Notes under the pieces: model-generated
Seen by the model: the letters and a program-made list of their open reading frames with translations, nothing else
Database searches by the model: none
What the model was told of the DNA's origin: nothing
NCBI GenBank assembly: GCA_964414145.1
Contig: CAYPVH010000002.1
Coordinates: forward strand, 1-57,368
Length of the DNA stretch: 57,368 bases
From: an uncultured Gammaproteobacteria bacterium
Lineage (GTDB): Bacteria > Patescibacteriota > Microgenomatia > UBA1406
Direction: 5' to 3'
Translations under genes and position numbers: made by a program
Shown here: in pieces, positions 38,407-45,933 of the stretch
Numbering within the stretch: position 1 is the stretch's first letter
Layout: every line of letters begins with the position of its first letter

Positions 38407-39425
38407 TAGACTAAATTAAATGCTGTTTTAAGGTTACTTAATAGTTCATCATCAACCTCGATAAACCCCTTTTCTATATTTTTTTCCCTGGTTTTACCAG
38501 ATTGTTCTCCTGGGTAAAATATTTCTTTTACTCCGGCTCTTTTTTTAGAACTTTTCAGCTCATTAATTGCAGTGTCTATGTCTTTCTTAAATTCCTTTAA
38601 AGGCCGGAATAGTGTTGGGTCAAAAAGTATAAAAAAGGTACCCCAACCACCCTTAACTGAGTGACCAACCCTAGAACCGGTTAAAGCGCCGGCAAGCATT
38701 TCACCTATAAACATTAGTCCAGACCCTTTATGTCCGGCAATTGGTAAAAGAGCGCCTTCTACCCAAGCTTTTTCAGCGTCAAGTATCATATTCCCCTCAC
38801 TATCTATTGCCGAATCGGGGGGTAAAGGCTTGTTTTCTCTTTTTAAATTCATTACTTTTCCGGCAGTAATTTTAGATGTTGCCATGTCTAATATAATCGG
38901 AATATTATTTGTTGGTATTCCGATTGTTATTGGGTTAGTGCCGTATAGCCTTTGTGTTGAACCATGCGCCGTATTTTTACCATTAGAATTGTTCCAGCTT
39001 ATAAAAATTAAGTTATTTTTTGTTGCTTCTCTTGCCCAATAGCCAACACACCCGGTTGATGGGGCAGTATTGTACAGGCCTGCAAGTACTACTTTAGATT
39101 TCTTTACTTTTTTTAATGCCAAGTCTAGCGCCTTTCTTATTACTAAGTGACCAGGCTTTTGATTCCCGTTTAAGTGTATAGAAACTGGTGTTTCCTTTGC
39201 TATTTTAACTGGGCCAGATTTAACTTTAACAACGTAGCCACTAGAACCTTCAACAGTTACGGCTCTTTTAAACCATAGTAAGTTACCTAAGCCATGCGAC
39301 TTTTTGCCACTAATTTCGGCTTCGTACACATTTTCTCCAATAATCTTTGCTTCTTCTTTTGTAAAACCTAAAGTTTGTATGCAGTTATGTATAAGTTTTT
39401 TTGCATTATTTAACTCAACTTTCAT
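38406..39425 (-). CDS. Ldh_2 family (malate/L-sulfolactate/ureidoglycolate dehydrogenase-like) oxidoreductase
   Basis: GKKSHG, GTNPI, LDMATS, GHKGSGL..E.LAG.L, YPGE; start reassigned to ATG 39425 (TATAAT 7 nt upstream). Confidence 0.92.
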   Translation of the reverse strand: MKVELNNAKKLIHNCIQTLGFTKEEAKIIGENVYEAEISGKKSHGLGNLLWFKRAVTVEGSSGYVVKVKSGPVKIAKETPVSIHLNGNQKPGHLVIRKALDLALKKVKKSKVVLAGLYNTAPSTGCVGYWAREATKNNLIFISWNNSNGKNTAHGSTQRLYGTNPITIGIPTNNIPIILDMATSKITAGKVMNLKRENKPLPPDSAIDSEGNMILDAEKAWVEGALLPIAGHKGSGLMFIGEMLAGALTGSRVGHSVKGGWGTFFILFDPTLFRPLKEFKKDIDTAINELKSSKKRAGVKEIFYPGEQSGKTREKNIEKGFIEVDDELLSNLKTAFNLV

Positions 39426-39486
39426 AAAACAAATTATACACAAAGGTTGTTAGCTTTTGTATCAATAGTACGTTATAATACTAATT

Positions 39487-40116
39487 ATGCAAGATGGTGA
39501 ACGAAGAGATGGTTATAATCCTTTAACCGATTGGAATTTAGCGGCTAGGCTAGTAAGAAAAACTATTCCTAACAGTCCCCCAGAAGAAAGAGTTACGGAG
39601 TTACTTGAGCAACTTGGCAATAACGTAGGTCTTGTTATTTATCCAAAAAGACAGTTGCTTGTTCCAGAGTTAACTAGAGAAACTGTACCAGCAAGTTTTG
39701 GTGATGATTCTGTAAATGTATGGGGTCATATAGAAAGAATGTCAAAATATTTAGCTAGCTTTCCTGTTGGTGATCATTTTGGAAGTAACCATGAAGAAAG
39801 AAGAGTATCTAGAAATCAATTATTTATTAGACTCAGAGAAGAATCAACAGATATTGCTGAGTTTTATTTTAATCTAGTAAAAACTTATAATCAATTTGCT
39901 ATGAATAATATTTCTAGTATTAGAATGTCTCTTTTATTGCTAGACCGTTTAGTTAATAAAGTAAGTGTTGGTAGCTTAGTTGGTCAGGCGGCAAAAGACG
40001 TTTCAGGGTTAATTAATGATTACAATGGAGTGGAATCACTAGATGAGAAACTTGTTGTTGTACATAAAACCGAAGATAATCTAGTTGATGTATTAAGCTT
40101 TCTAGGTTCTCTTTAA
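39487..40116 (+). CDS. Hypothetical helical cytoplasmic protein
   Basis: 209-aa ORF with TATAAT 39474-39479 7 nt upstream; no motif recognised. Confidence 0.75.
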   Translation: MQDGERRDGYNPLTDWNLAARLVRKTIPNSPPEERVTELLEQLGNNVGLVIYPKRQLLVPELTRETVPASFGDDSVNVWGHIERMSKYLASFPVGDHFGSNHEERRVSRNQLFIRLREESTDIAEFYFNLVKTYNQFAMNNISSIRMSLLLLDRLVNKVSVGSLVGQAAKDVSGLINDYNGVESLDEKLVVVHKTEDNLVDVLSFLGSL

Positions 40117-40228
40117 AGTTTATCCTTTTACATTTGACTATACCTAACTAACGTTTCTAAAAATATATTTATTACTAAATAGTAACAACTATAATTATTT
40201 TGATAAGGCGAATACAAAAACTACAATA

Positions 40229-40258
40229 CAACCCCCGAGGTTACAACCTCGGGGGTTG
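40229..40258. repeat. GC-rich palindrome (REP-like), copy 2
   Basis: C-AACCCCCGAGGT-TACA-ACCTCGGGGGTT-G; same arms as 33141-33166 in swapped order. Confidence 0.85.
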
Positions 40259-40480
40259 ATAAACAATTTTTTCTAGATGTAGGTTTTGAACTAAGTGGAA
40301 GTAGGAGTAAAAAGATTATTTAATTTGGCGGTTTAATTGAAAATGGAATGGTTCGATTAAGACCCAACGGGCGGCAATCATGGTACGACGTTGGAAATTA
40401 TCTGAACGAGTTAAGATAAATATTGGGAAGGTTTCTTTAAGAGAGCAGAAGAAAAACTTTTTAATTTTTGTATCTTGTTT

Positions 40481-41044
40481 AACCCAAGAGCTGCTAAAAC
40501 CACTATGTTGACTTGAAGGGAAGGAGCTTGTTATTCACAAGTCTTTACCCTTCACTGGCCTTTCGGCCAGCTCTCCATTATTATTTCCCATGGAGAAAGT
40601 CTTTTTTCTATTTACAGCGAGTCCAAGCGACGACGAATTCCGGCAGGTACTCTGCCGGCGAGTCGTCGTAGTCAGCGCAGTGGACGCAACACGCCTCGTC
40701 TGATGGGTCGTTGGGGTCCGGTGTGGACCAGGCGTCGCAATATTGTTCATCACTGCATCTTACACAGCATCCACTGGCCGTCGTCAAGAGAATGACGGCC
40801 AGCGTTACTAGTACAACAACAACTCTCACGACTTTCTTCTTGTTCACCATTTCCTCCCATGAAAAAAAACCAAACATGCCAGTTCTCGCTCCGCTGGTTC
40901 GGAGGGGCCTTACCCCGTTGTGGTTTATCACCTCCTTTGTGATAAATTTGGGCATTAAGCCCGCAATAAATAGAATAATATATTCCACTCACTGCGGGCT
41001 TACCCAAAAATATTTAGGGAAAGTGTTAATACAGCTCTTGGGTT
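40481..41044. mobile_element. Cassette A: GC-rich segment bounded by 13-bp inverted repeats
   Basis: AACCCAAGAGCTG (40481-40493) / CAGCTCTTGGGTT (41032-41044); hand count 38/60 GC at 40621-40680 vs 19/60 at 11821-11880; mobility is inferred. Confidence 0.55.
40608..40850 (-). CDS. Small exported 8-Cys protein, possible lipoprotein
   Basis: MVNKKKVVRVVVVLVTLAVILLTTASG-CCVRC...CCVHC...C; GGAGG SD upstream; start ATG 40850 or GTG 40847 rather than 40988. Confidence 0.65.
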   Translation of the reverse strand: MVNKKKVVRVVVVLVTLAVILLTTASGCCVRCSDEQYCDAWSTPDPNDPSDEACCVHCADYDDSPAEYLPEFVVAWTRCK

Positions 41045-41206
41045 GTTAATGAGCAACTATTGAATTAATTAAATACATTAAAGCAGCTTCTGCTTTAAAT
41101 AGTTTAATAAACCAATAATAACCTATAATATAATACATTACCAAACCAAGAAGTTCAAAACCAAACAGAATATAATATATTGTTTATTGTGGGGCTCTAT
41201 AGAATG

Positions 41207-41280
41207 CGGGATTGACGGGACTCGAACCCGCGACCTTCCGCGTGACAGGCGGACGCTCTAACCAACTGAGCTACAACCCC
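41207..41280 (-). tRNA. tRNA-Asp(GTC)
   Basis: GGGGTTG-TA-GCTCAGTTGGTTAGAGC-G-TCCGC-CTGTCAC-GCGGA-AGGTC-GCGGG-TTCGAGT-CCCGT-CAATCCC-G; CCA not encoded. Confidence 0.97.
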
Positions 41281-41625
41281 AATTTGTATAAGTACATTAT
41301 TTTAGCATATTCTAGCCATTTTGAAAGTAAAAAAGAAGAGTACTGATTATTTTTACAAAGTATTATAAATTTAGTAGCTAAAGCTTAATACAACTATGGT
41401 CTATGTGGCTTGTTTAGAAAATTATTTTTACTCTATCTTTGAGTTTTTTAGGGGAAGCGTAAGGTTCTTGTAGTAAACAATAAAACGTCTTAGGTAGCAT
41501 TGTTTTGGTGTATAATTTGACTGCTATTAATAATTATGTCAGACTACAATCTATTCTATGATAAAACTGTATGAATGATTAGTTTTAATTTGTAGATTGC
41601 ATTCTGCACCATTGAACTTTTAATA

Positions 41626-42474
41626 ATGGTTAGAAACATACCATCAAAGGCAAAAATAAAATATTTTCGTCACTTAGTTAACTCTTTATTTTTTAAAGCA
41701 AAAAAGAATGACCCGGCAGAATATATTTGTGCTATTAAATATTTTTTGGATATGAATAATCTACATTTAAAAACACCATCCAAGGAATTGGCAGATACTA
41801 TTGATCAAGTTTTAAGTTCACTTCCTCACATTGTGGATGATAAGGAATTGTGTATCAAAATTTTGTCATATGTATATTGTCAAATATACGAATCAAATAA
41901 CTGGTTGTCTCTTGTTTATAACTTACTTCTAATTAACGACTCTGAATGTGTCCAAATTAACCCTTTTAAGAAATCATTAGTAGAAAATAAAAGAGTATCT
42001 ACATTAGAGAAAGTTAGAGAAATATTAGATGAATCAAAAAGCACAAGTATGGTGAAAGTGAAATTAATAAGTCATAGTATCAATCAAGTATCAAACCCAA
42101 ACATAGGTATTCTTACAAAACTAAAAAAAATAAAAAATTTATCTGAAAGACTAAATATAAAGATTGGGTCATATATTTGGGATTTGTATAATAATGATTT
42201 CCGAAATGATTTCACTCACTCGCAATATGTGATTTATAAAAATGAATTAAATTTAGTTAAATCTGTTCGACATATAAATTTACTAAGTCTCATAGATCTA
42301 ACTGTTACTGTAATGAATATCTATATTCATATCATGAATAGAGCTTTTACTGAAATTGAAAGAATTAAAAGTAAAGGATCAGTAAAATTCAAAGGAAAAT
42401 GTGGTTATGTAAAAGTTTCTTTTGAAAATGATTACATAAAGCATGAATCAAAAATGAACTGTGCAAATTTTTAA
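41626..42474 (+). CDS. Putative HEPN-domain protein (RNase-like)
   Basis: Helical 282 aa with R-N-D-F-T-H (Rx4H) in the C-terminal third; very AT-rich (12/60 GC at 42121-42180). Confidence 0.55.
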   Translation: MVRNIPSKAKIKYFRHLVNSLFFKAKKNDPAEYICAIKYFLDMNNLHLKTPSKELADTIDQVLSSLPHIVDDKELCIKILSYVYCQIYESNNWLSLVYNLLLINDSECVQINPFKKSLVENKRVSTLEKVREILDESKSTSMVKVKLISHSINQVSNPNIGILTKLKKIKNLSERLNIKIGSYIWDLYNNDFRNDFTHSQYVIYKNELNLVKSVRHINLLSLIDLTVTVMNIYIHIMNRAFTEIERIKSKGSVKFKGKCGYVKVSFENDYIKHESKMNCANF

Positions 42475-42539
42475 GTTATGCAGAAATATCAGAATAAAAT
42501 GTTTAATGCTGTATCATGATTGCCACATTTTTGCCTGCT

Positions 42540-43067
42540 TTAAAGTTCAAGTTTTCTAATAAACTTATTTAGTTTTAATAGAGACATTTCATAAATAAAA
42601 AGGTTATGGATTTGTTTATCGTTATCAATTGTTATTATTGTCTTTCTATCGAGTAATGTTAAATTAAAATCCTTATCACTAGTTATTAAGTATGACTTAC
42701 CTATAAACTTATAAAGTGCGCAGTAAAGAAGAAAATCAGGATAGCTTGCATTTTTAGATGAAATTTGAACTACAGGCATTATTCGTTTAAAATCATTTAA
42801 ATGTTTTTCAATCGGATATGTCCTGATATACTCATTATAAAATTTAAGTCTTTTTTGCTGATTCACCAAAGAATCTGTTCTTGAAAATTCAAATAGGACT
42901 GAGGGAATACAAGTTAGTTCAATGCCTAAAGGTTTTAACTTACTGACTACCTCAAAAAATAATGTTGTGTTTTCAATAAAAGTAATTAGGGCATTATTAT
43001 CAATGAATAAGAAAGTATTTCTTCTAAATGCAAGAAAGTCTTCTTTTTGGTAATAAATCCTTTTCAT
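42540..43067 (-). CDS. PIN-domain (VapC-like) ribonuclease
   Basis: Acidic tetrad pattern: FIDNNAL, VLFEF, SYPDFLL, LITSDKDF. Confidence 0.8.
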   Translation of the reverse strand: MKRIYYQKEDFLAFRRNTFLFIDNNALITFIENTTLFFEVVSKLKPLGIELTCIPSVLFEFSRTDSLVNQQKRLKFYNEYIRTYPIEKHLNDFKRIMPVVQISSKNASYPDFLLYCALYKFIGKSYLITSDKDFNLTLLDRKTIITIDNDKQIHNLFIYEMSLLKLNKFIRKLEL

Positions 43068-43209
43068 TTCCGTTATTTGTTAACGTTTGTTTAACCATTT
43101 TTACATCTCTAATGAATTTAATTTTATTGATATCCTTAAGATTTGTTCTAGGTGATTTTTGCTCGAATGTAATTTCTTTTTCAATGTCTTTTAGTGTTAC
43201 TTTTGTCAT
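43024..43209 (-). CDS. Small basic protein upstream of PIN gene, candidate antitoxin
   Basis: 61 aa, overlaps PIN start by 44 nt, same strand. Confidence 0.45.
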   Translation of the reverse strand: MTKVTLKDIEKEITFEQKSPRTNLKDINKIKFIRDVKMVKQTLTNNGNEKDLLPKRRLSCI

Positions 43210-43275
43210 CTATTTCATTATATATTATTTAATAATTATTTAATATAAATTTGTTAATACTATAATATTACATTA

Positions 43276-44190
43276 GTGAATAAGAAATCTAGATTAAAAA
43301 TAAGTAATACATTAGTAGCTACTGTATCCCTATCTTTCTGGCTCTTAACACTAGTGGTGTTTTATATTACACTGATGTATTCAAATAAAACCCATAAAGC
43401 AAGTATTTATTCAGATTCTGTTTCTAATCTTTTTTTGATTATTCTGATAGTAGGATTTATTGCTTATCTATTTCTTATGGTATCAGTAATAAGTATGTTA
43501 ATAGGTAAAACAAAAAAGATTATATACAAAGCATTAATCTTTATTGGTACTTTTATTTTTTTTGTTTCTTTTCCAATACTTTTTGTTATTAGTATTGCTT
43601 ATTTTTCAAGTACTTTGAAACCTGCTGTAGACAGGGAATTAGCATTTGTGATAACACCAACTATACAAGAAATAGAACCTTCATTAGTTAATAATATTAG
43701 TCCCTCAGCTATACCTATATCTGACAGTATACATGAAGCTGATAATGGTGAATGGGGAGTTGCGAAGCAGGTAGACGAAATTGGGTGGTCTATGAAAGTT
43801 GGAATGGATAATAGAATTGGTACACCTCAGGAAATATATGAGGCGTTAAACGCATATCGTCAAAAGCATGGTGTTGGTCAACTGTCTTGGGATAATAACT
43901 TATCTGCGTTTGCCCAAAGTAGAGCTGATTATTTTAATAATATTGGAACAACAGATAAGCATGAAGGTTTTAATAAATTTTCAAACAATCCGGACAACTT
44001 TACAAATATAGGTTTTAGAAGTCTTGGTGAAAATTCATCTTACGGATATAAACTGCTAGGTGTACATATAATTGAATGGGTATTTGCAGGCGATGAGCCA
44101 CATAACACAAATCAATTAAATCCCAAATGGCAATATGTAGGCATTGGAGTTAATGGTTTGGGTATTGATATAATTTTTGGTGCCAAGTAA
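43276..44190 (+). CDS. Membrane protein (3 TM) with C-terminal CAP/SCP domain
   Basis: ALNAYRQKHG..LSWD..L..FAQSRA, GEN, W...H..NQLNPKWQYVGIG. Confidence 0.9.
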   Translation: MNKKSRLKISNTLVATVSLSFWLLTLVVFYITLMYSNKTHKASIYSDSVSNLFLIILIVGFIAYLFLMVSVISMLIGKTKKIIYKALIFIGTFIFFVSFPILFVISIAYFSSTLKPAVDRELAFVITPTIQEIEPSLVNNISPSAIPISDSIHEADNGEWGVAKQVDEIGWSMKVGMDNRIGTPQEIYEALNAYRQKHGVGQLSWDNNLSAFAQSRADYFNNIGTTDKHEGFNKFSNNPDNFTNIGFRSLGENSSYGYKLLGVHIIEWVFAGDEPHNTNQLNPKWQYVGIGVNGLGIDIIFGAK

Positions 44191-44249
44191 GTCTTTTAAT
44201 AATCATATCTTAATTCGGTTACTGTATTATTTTTACTGGATTATTTGCA

Positions 44250-44283
44250 GACACCAAAGAGGACTTTGGTGTCTTTTTCTTTT
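44250..44283 (+). terminator. Intrinsic terminator-like hairpin that also contains the left IR of cassette B
   Basis: GACACCAAAG-AGGA-CTTTGGTGTC then TTTTTCTTTT. Confidence 0.75.
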
Positions 44284-44950
44284 CATGTTTCTTTTCTCCT
44301 TTTCTACTGCCGGCTCATCACCGGCACCGGTTCGTCGAGCAAGTGCAAGAGAACCCCCCATCCGTTTGGGGAGCTCTCGTTGGGGTAGATCTCGACGAAG
44401 CCGATGAAGGCATCATGCCCGCAGATTTTGCGGACCACAGCGCCCTCGTTCTCGACGAAACCGACTCCTCGGACGGATACTTCCATATCCGTGGAGTCGA
44501 AGGCGTCAAGTGCGAGAAAAAGGGTGTTTCGATTCCCCGTATCCTCGCAGACGCCGCCGTCCAGGTGGTACTGCCCATCCCAAGAGAGGATATAAGACGT
44601 GCCCCAATGGAGCTCGTCGATCCTCTCTGGCATCTCCAGTTCTCGCTCTTGCGAGAGTTCGACAAGGCTGATTCCCAGGACAAGGAGCGCAAGTAGTATA
44701 CCTGCGCCTGTTATCAATCTCCATGGATATTTCATTTTACCCTCCGGATTTTGATGTTGGCACCTAACCTTCCTCTACTCAAGGAGCTGGCCGGTTTGGG
44801 CCAGTTCTTTGCCTTTTTAGGGGCAGAGAAACAGGAGAGTATTTTCTCTCCAGGCTCGAGGAGGCACCTATCTAGCCACTAGCTTTTATTGCTAACAAAT
44901 AAATAGGTGCCTCCTCGATTATTAAAAAAAAGACACTAGTCCTCTTTGGT
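44253..44950. mobile_element. Cassette B: GC-rich segment bounded by inverted repeats
   Basis: ACCAAAGAGGACT-ttg-GTGTCTTTTT (44253-44278) vs AAAAAGACAC-t-AGTCCTCTTTGGT (44927-44950); 34/60 GC at 44341-44400; mobility is inferred. Confidence 0.55.
44304..44735 (-). CDS. Signal-anchored acidic beta-rich hypothetical protein
   Basis: MKYPWR + 19-aa TM; SD GGAGG 5 nt before ATG; two Cys; preferred over the overlapping alternative frames. Confidence 0.7.
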   Translation of the reverse strand: MKYPWRLITGAGILLALLVLGISLVELSQERELEMPERIDELHWGTSYILSWDGQYHLDGGVCEDTGNRNTLFLALDAFDSTDMEVSVRGVGFVENEGAVVRKICGHDAFIGFVEIYPNESSPNGWGVLLHLLDEPVPVMSRQ

Positions 44951-44963
44951 TTTAAAGAGCTAA

Positions 44964-45012
44964 TTTACCTAACTTGTTTACCAGCAGCAAATGCTGGTAA
45001 TTTTTAGGTAAA
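44964..45012. terminator. Compound hairpin just outside cassette B
   Basis: TTACCAGCA-GCAAA-TGCTGGTAA (44978-45000) extended by TTTACCTA/TAGGTAAA. Confidence 0.55.
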
Positions 45013-45061
45013 TAATATCCTATATAATGCAATTTTTAACTAACTTTATATAATACTTAAT

Positions 45062-45331
45062 ATGGCCTCGCTTAAACAGCTTGAAAAAGAAATAAACACA
45101 ATAAAAGAAAGGAATAAAGCAGTAGAACTTAATAAGGCATGGGAAACAAGTATTGCTCGCCGGGTTTTATTAATTATTTTCACCTATGTTTCTATTGCTT
45201 TCTATATGAATGCAATTGGGGTAGATAAGCTTTGGCTAAACGCAGTTATTCCCAGTTTAGGCTTCTTGCTTTCTACCCTAACCCTACCTTTTTTTAAGAA
45301 GATGTGGGTAAAAAGGGCTAAACAAAGATAA
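45062..45331 (+). CDS. Small 2-TM hypothetical protein with N-terminal coiled coil
   Basis: KAWETS..RR...Y; WLNAVIPSLGFLLSTLTLP; TATAAT 7 nt upstream. Confidence 0.8.
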   Translation: MASLKQLEKEINTIKERNKAVELNKAWETSIARRVLLIIFTYVSIAFYMNAIGVDKLWLNAVIPSLGFLLSTLTLPFFKKMWVKRAKQR

Positions 45332-45390
45332 AAATTATTTAATTAATAAGTAACTAAAACCTTATGGCTTTTATATAATATTTAATAATT

Positions 45391-45933
45391 ATGACAGGTA
45401 AACAACAAAGATGGCAAGGTAAAATAATAGTTTACTCAAAATATTCAGGTAAAGTTGCTAATTTAATCATTACTAATAACAACCTAGTAATTGATTTTGG
45501 AAAGAAGAAGCTAGCTATTGAAAAAAATAATATTAACAGCATTGATGTTGGTGTTATTAACTTTTCTCAAAGAATACTGAATTCTACATTTCCTCTAAAA
45601 ATTGTCATAGACCTAAAGGATACAAATAAGAAGATAGAAATTGCAGCAGTAAAAGGCATTCTTGTTACAAGAGCAGCAACATTTGATCTATTTAATAATT
45701 TAGGTAAATTCGCAGGCAAAAAGTTACCAAACTTTGAAGCTAACTTAGTTGAAAATAGTAGCCAAACAATTAAAAGATTTACCCTTGCAGCGATTGCAAT
45801 AGGCGTTGTACATTTTGTGTTAATTAAGAAAGTAACCTTAGTTGAAATTGGATTATTGCTGCTCTTAGTTACATATATTATAGGAGAACTAATTAACAAG
45901 TCTGCAAAATCATTACCTAACAAAAATCTATGA
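45391..45933 (+). CDS. Hypothetical protein, PH-like N-terminus plus 2 C-terminal TM
   Basis: Beta-rich N-half; hydrophobic C-terminus; stop overlaps next start. Confidence 0.65.
   Translation: MTGKQQRWQGKIIVYSKYSGKVANLIITNNNLVIDFGKKKLAIEKNNINSIDVGVINFSQRILNSTFPLKIVIDLKDTNKKIEIAAVKGILVTRAATFDLFNNLGKFAGKKLPNFEANLVENSSQTIKRFTLAAIAIGVVHFVLIKKVTLVEIGLLLLLVTYIIGELINKSAKSLPNKNL

Noticed and set aside
40207-40419. Possible pseudogene frame with one internal TAA (40321) running through palindrome copy 2
   Set aside because: No start codon upstream of the internal stop and no recognisable motif; could be chance without a homology search.
40510-40580. tRNA-Ser-like 5' end GGAGAGCTGGCCGA on the minus strand
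   Set aside because: No T-arm (TTCGA) or complementary acceptor stem follows; it is a GAAA-capped hairpin only.
40925-40945. Identity with lambda cI/Cro operator (TATCACC half-site)
   Set aside because: Only a 7-nt match, spacing differs and no phage genes are nearby; kept only as a generic dyad.
40477-41048. Integron attC interpretation of cassette A (GTTTAAC ... GTT)
   Set aside because: Left end fits RYYYAAC but the right end GTTGTTA does not fit GTTRRRY; no R-L spacer; 564 bp is far too long; cassette B lacks AAC/GTT; no intI in the window.
40535-41049. Alternative ORFs 40535-40753, 40711-41049, 40750-41007 and the extension to 40988
   Set aside because: Expected in GC-rich DNA; only the 40850/40847 start has an SD plus a signal peptide.
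40993-41214. attL/attR duplication of the tRNA-Asp 3' end
   Set aside because: Only TGCGGG (6 nt) recurs; I found no longer duplicate by eye, so an integrase-defined island cannot be delimited.
44318-44724. Overlapping ORFs 44318-44692, 44343-44696, 44404-44595, 44506-44724
   Set aside because: Stop-poor GC-rich sequence; these lack the SD and TM anchor seen for 44304-44735.
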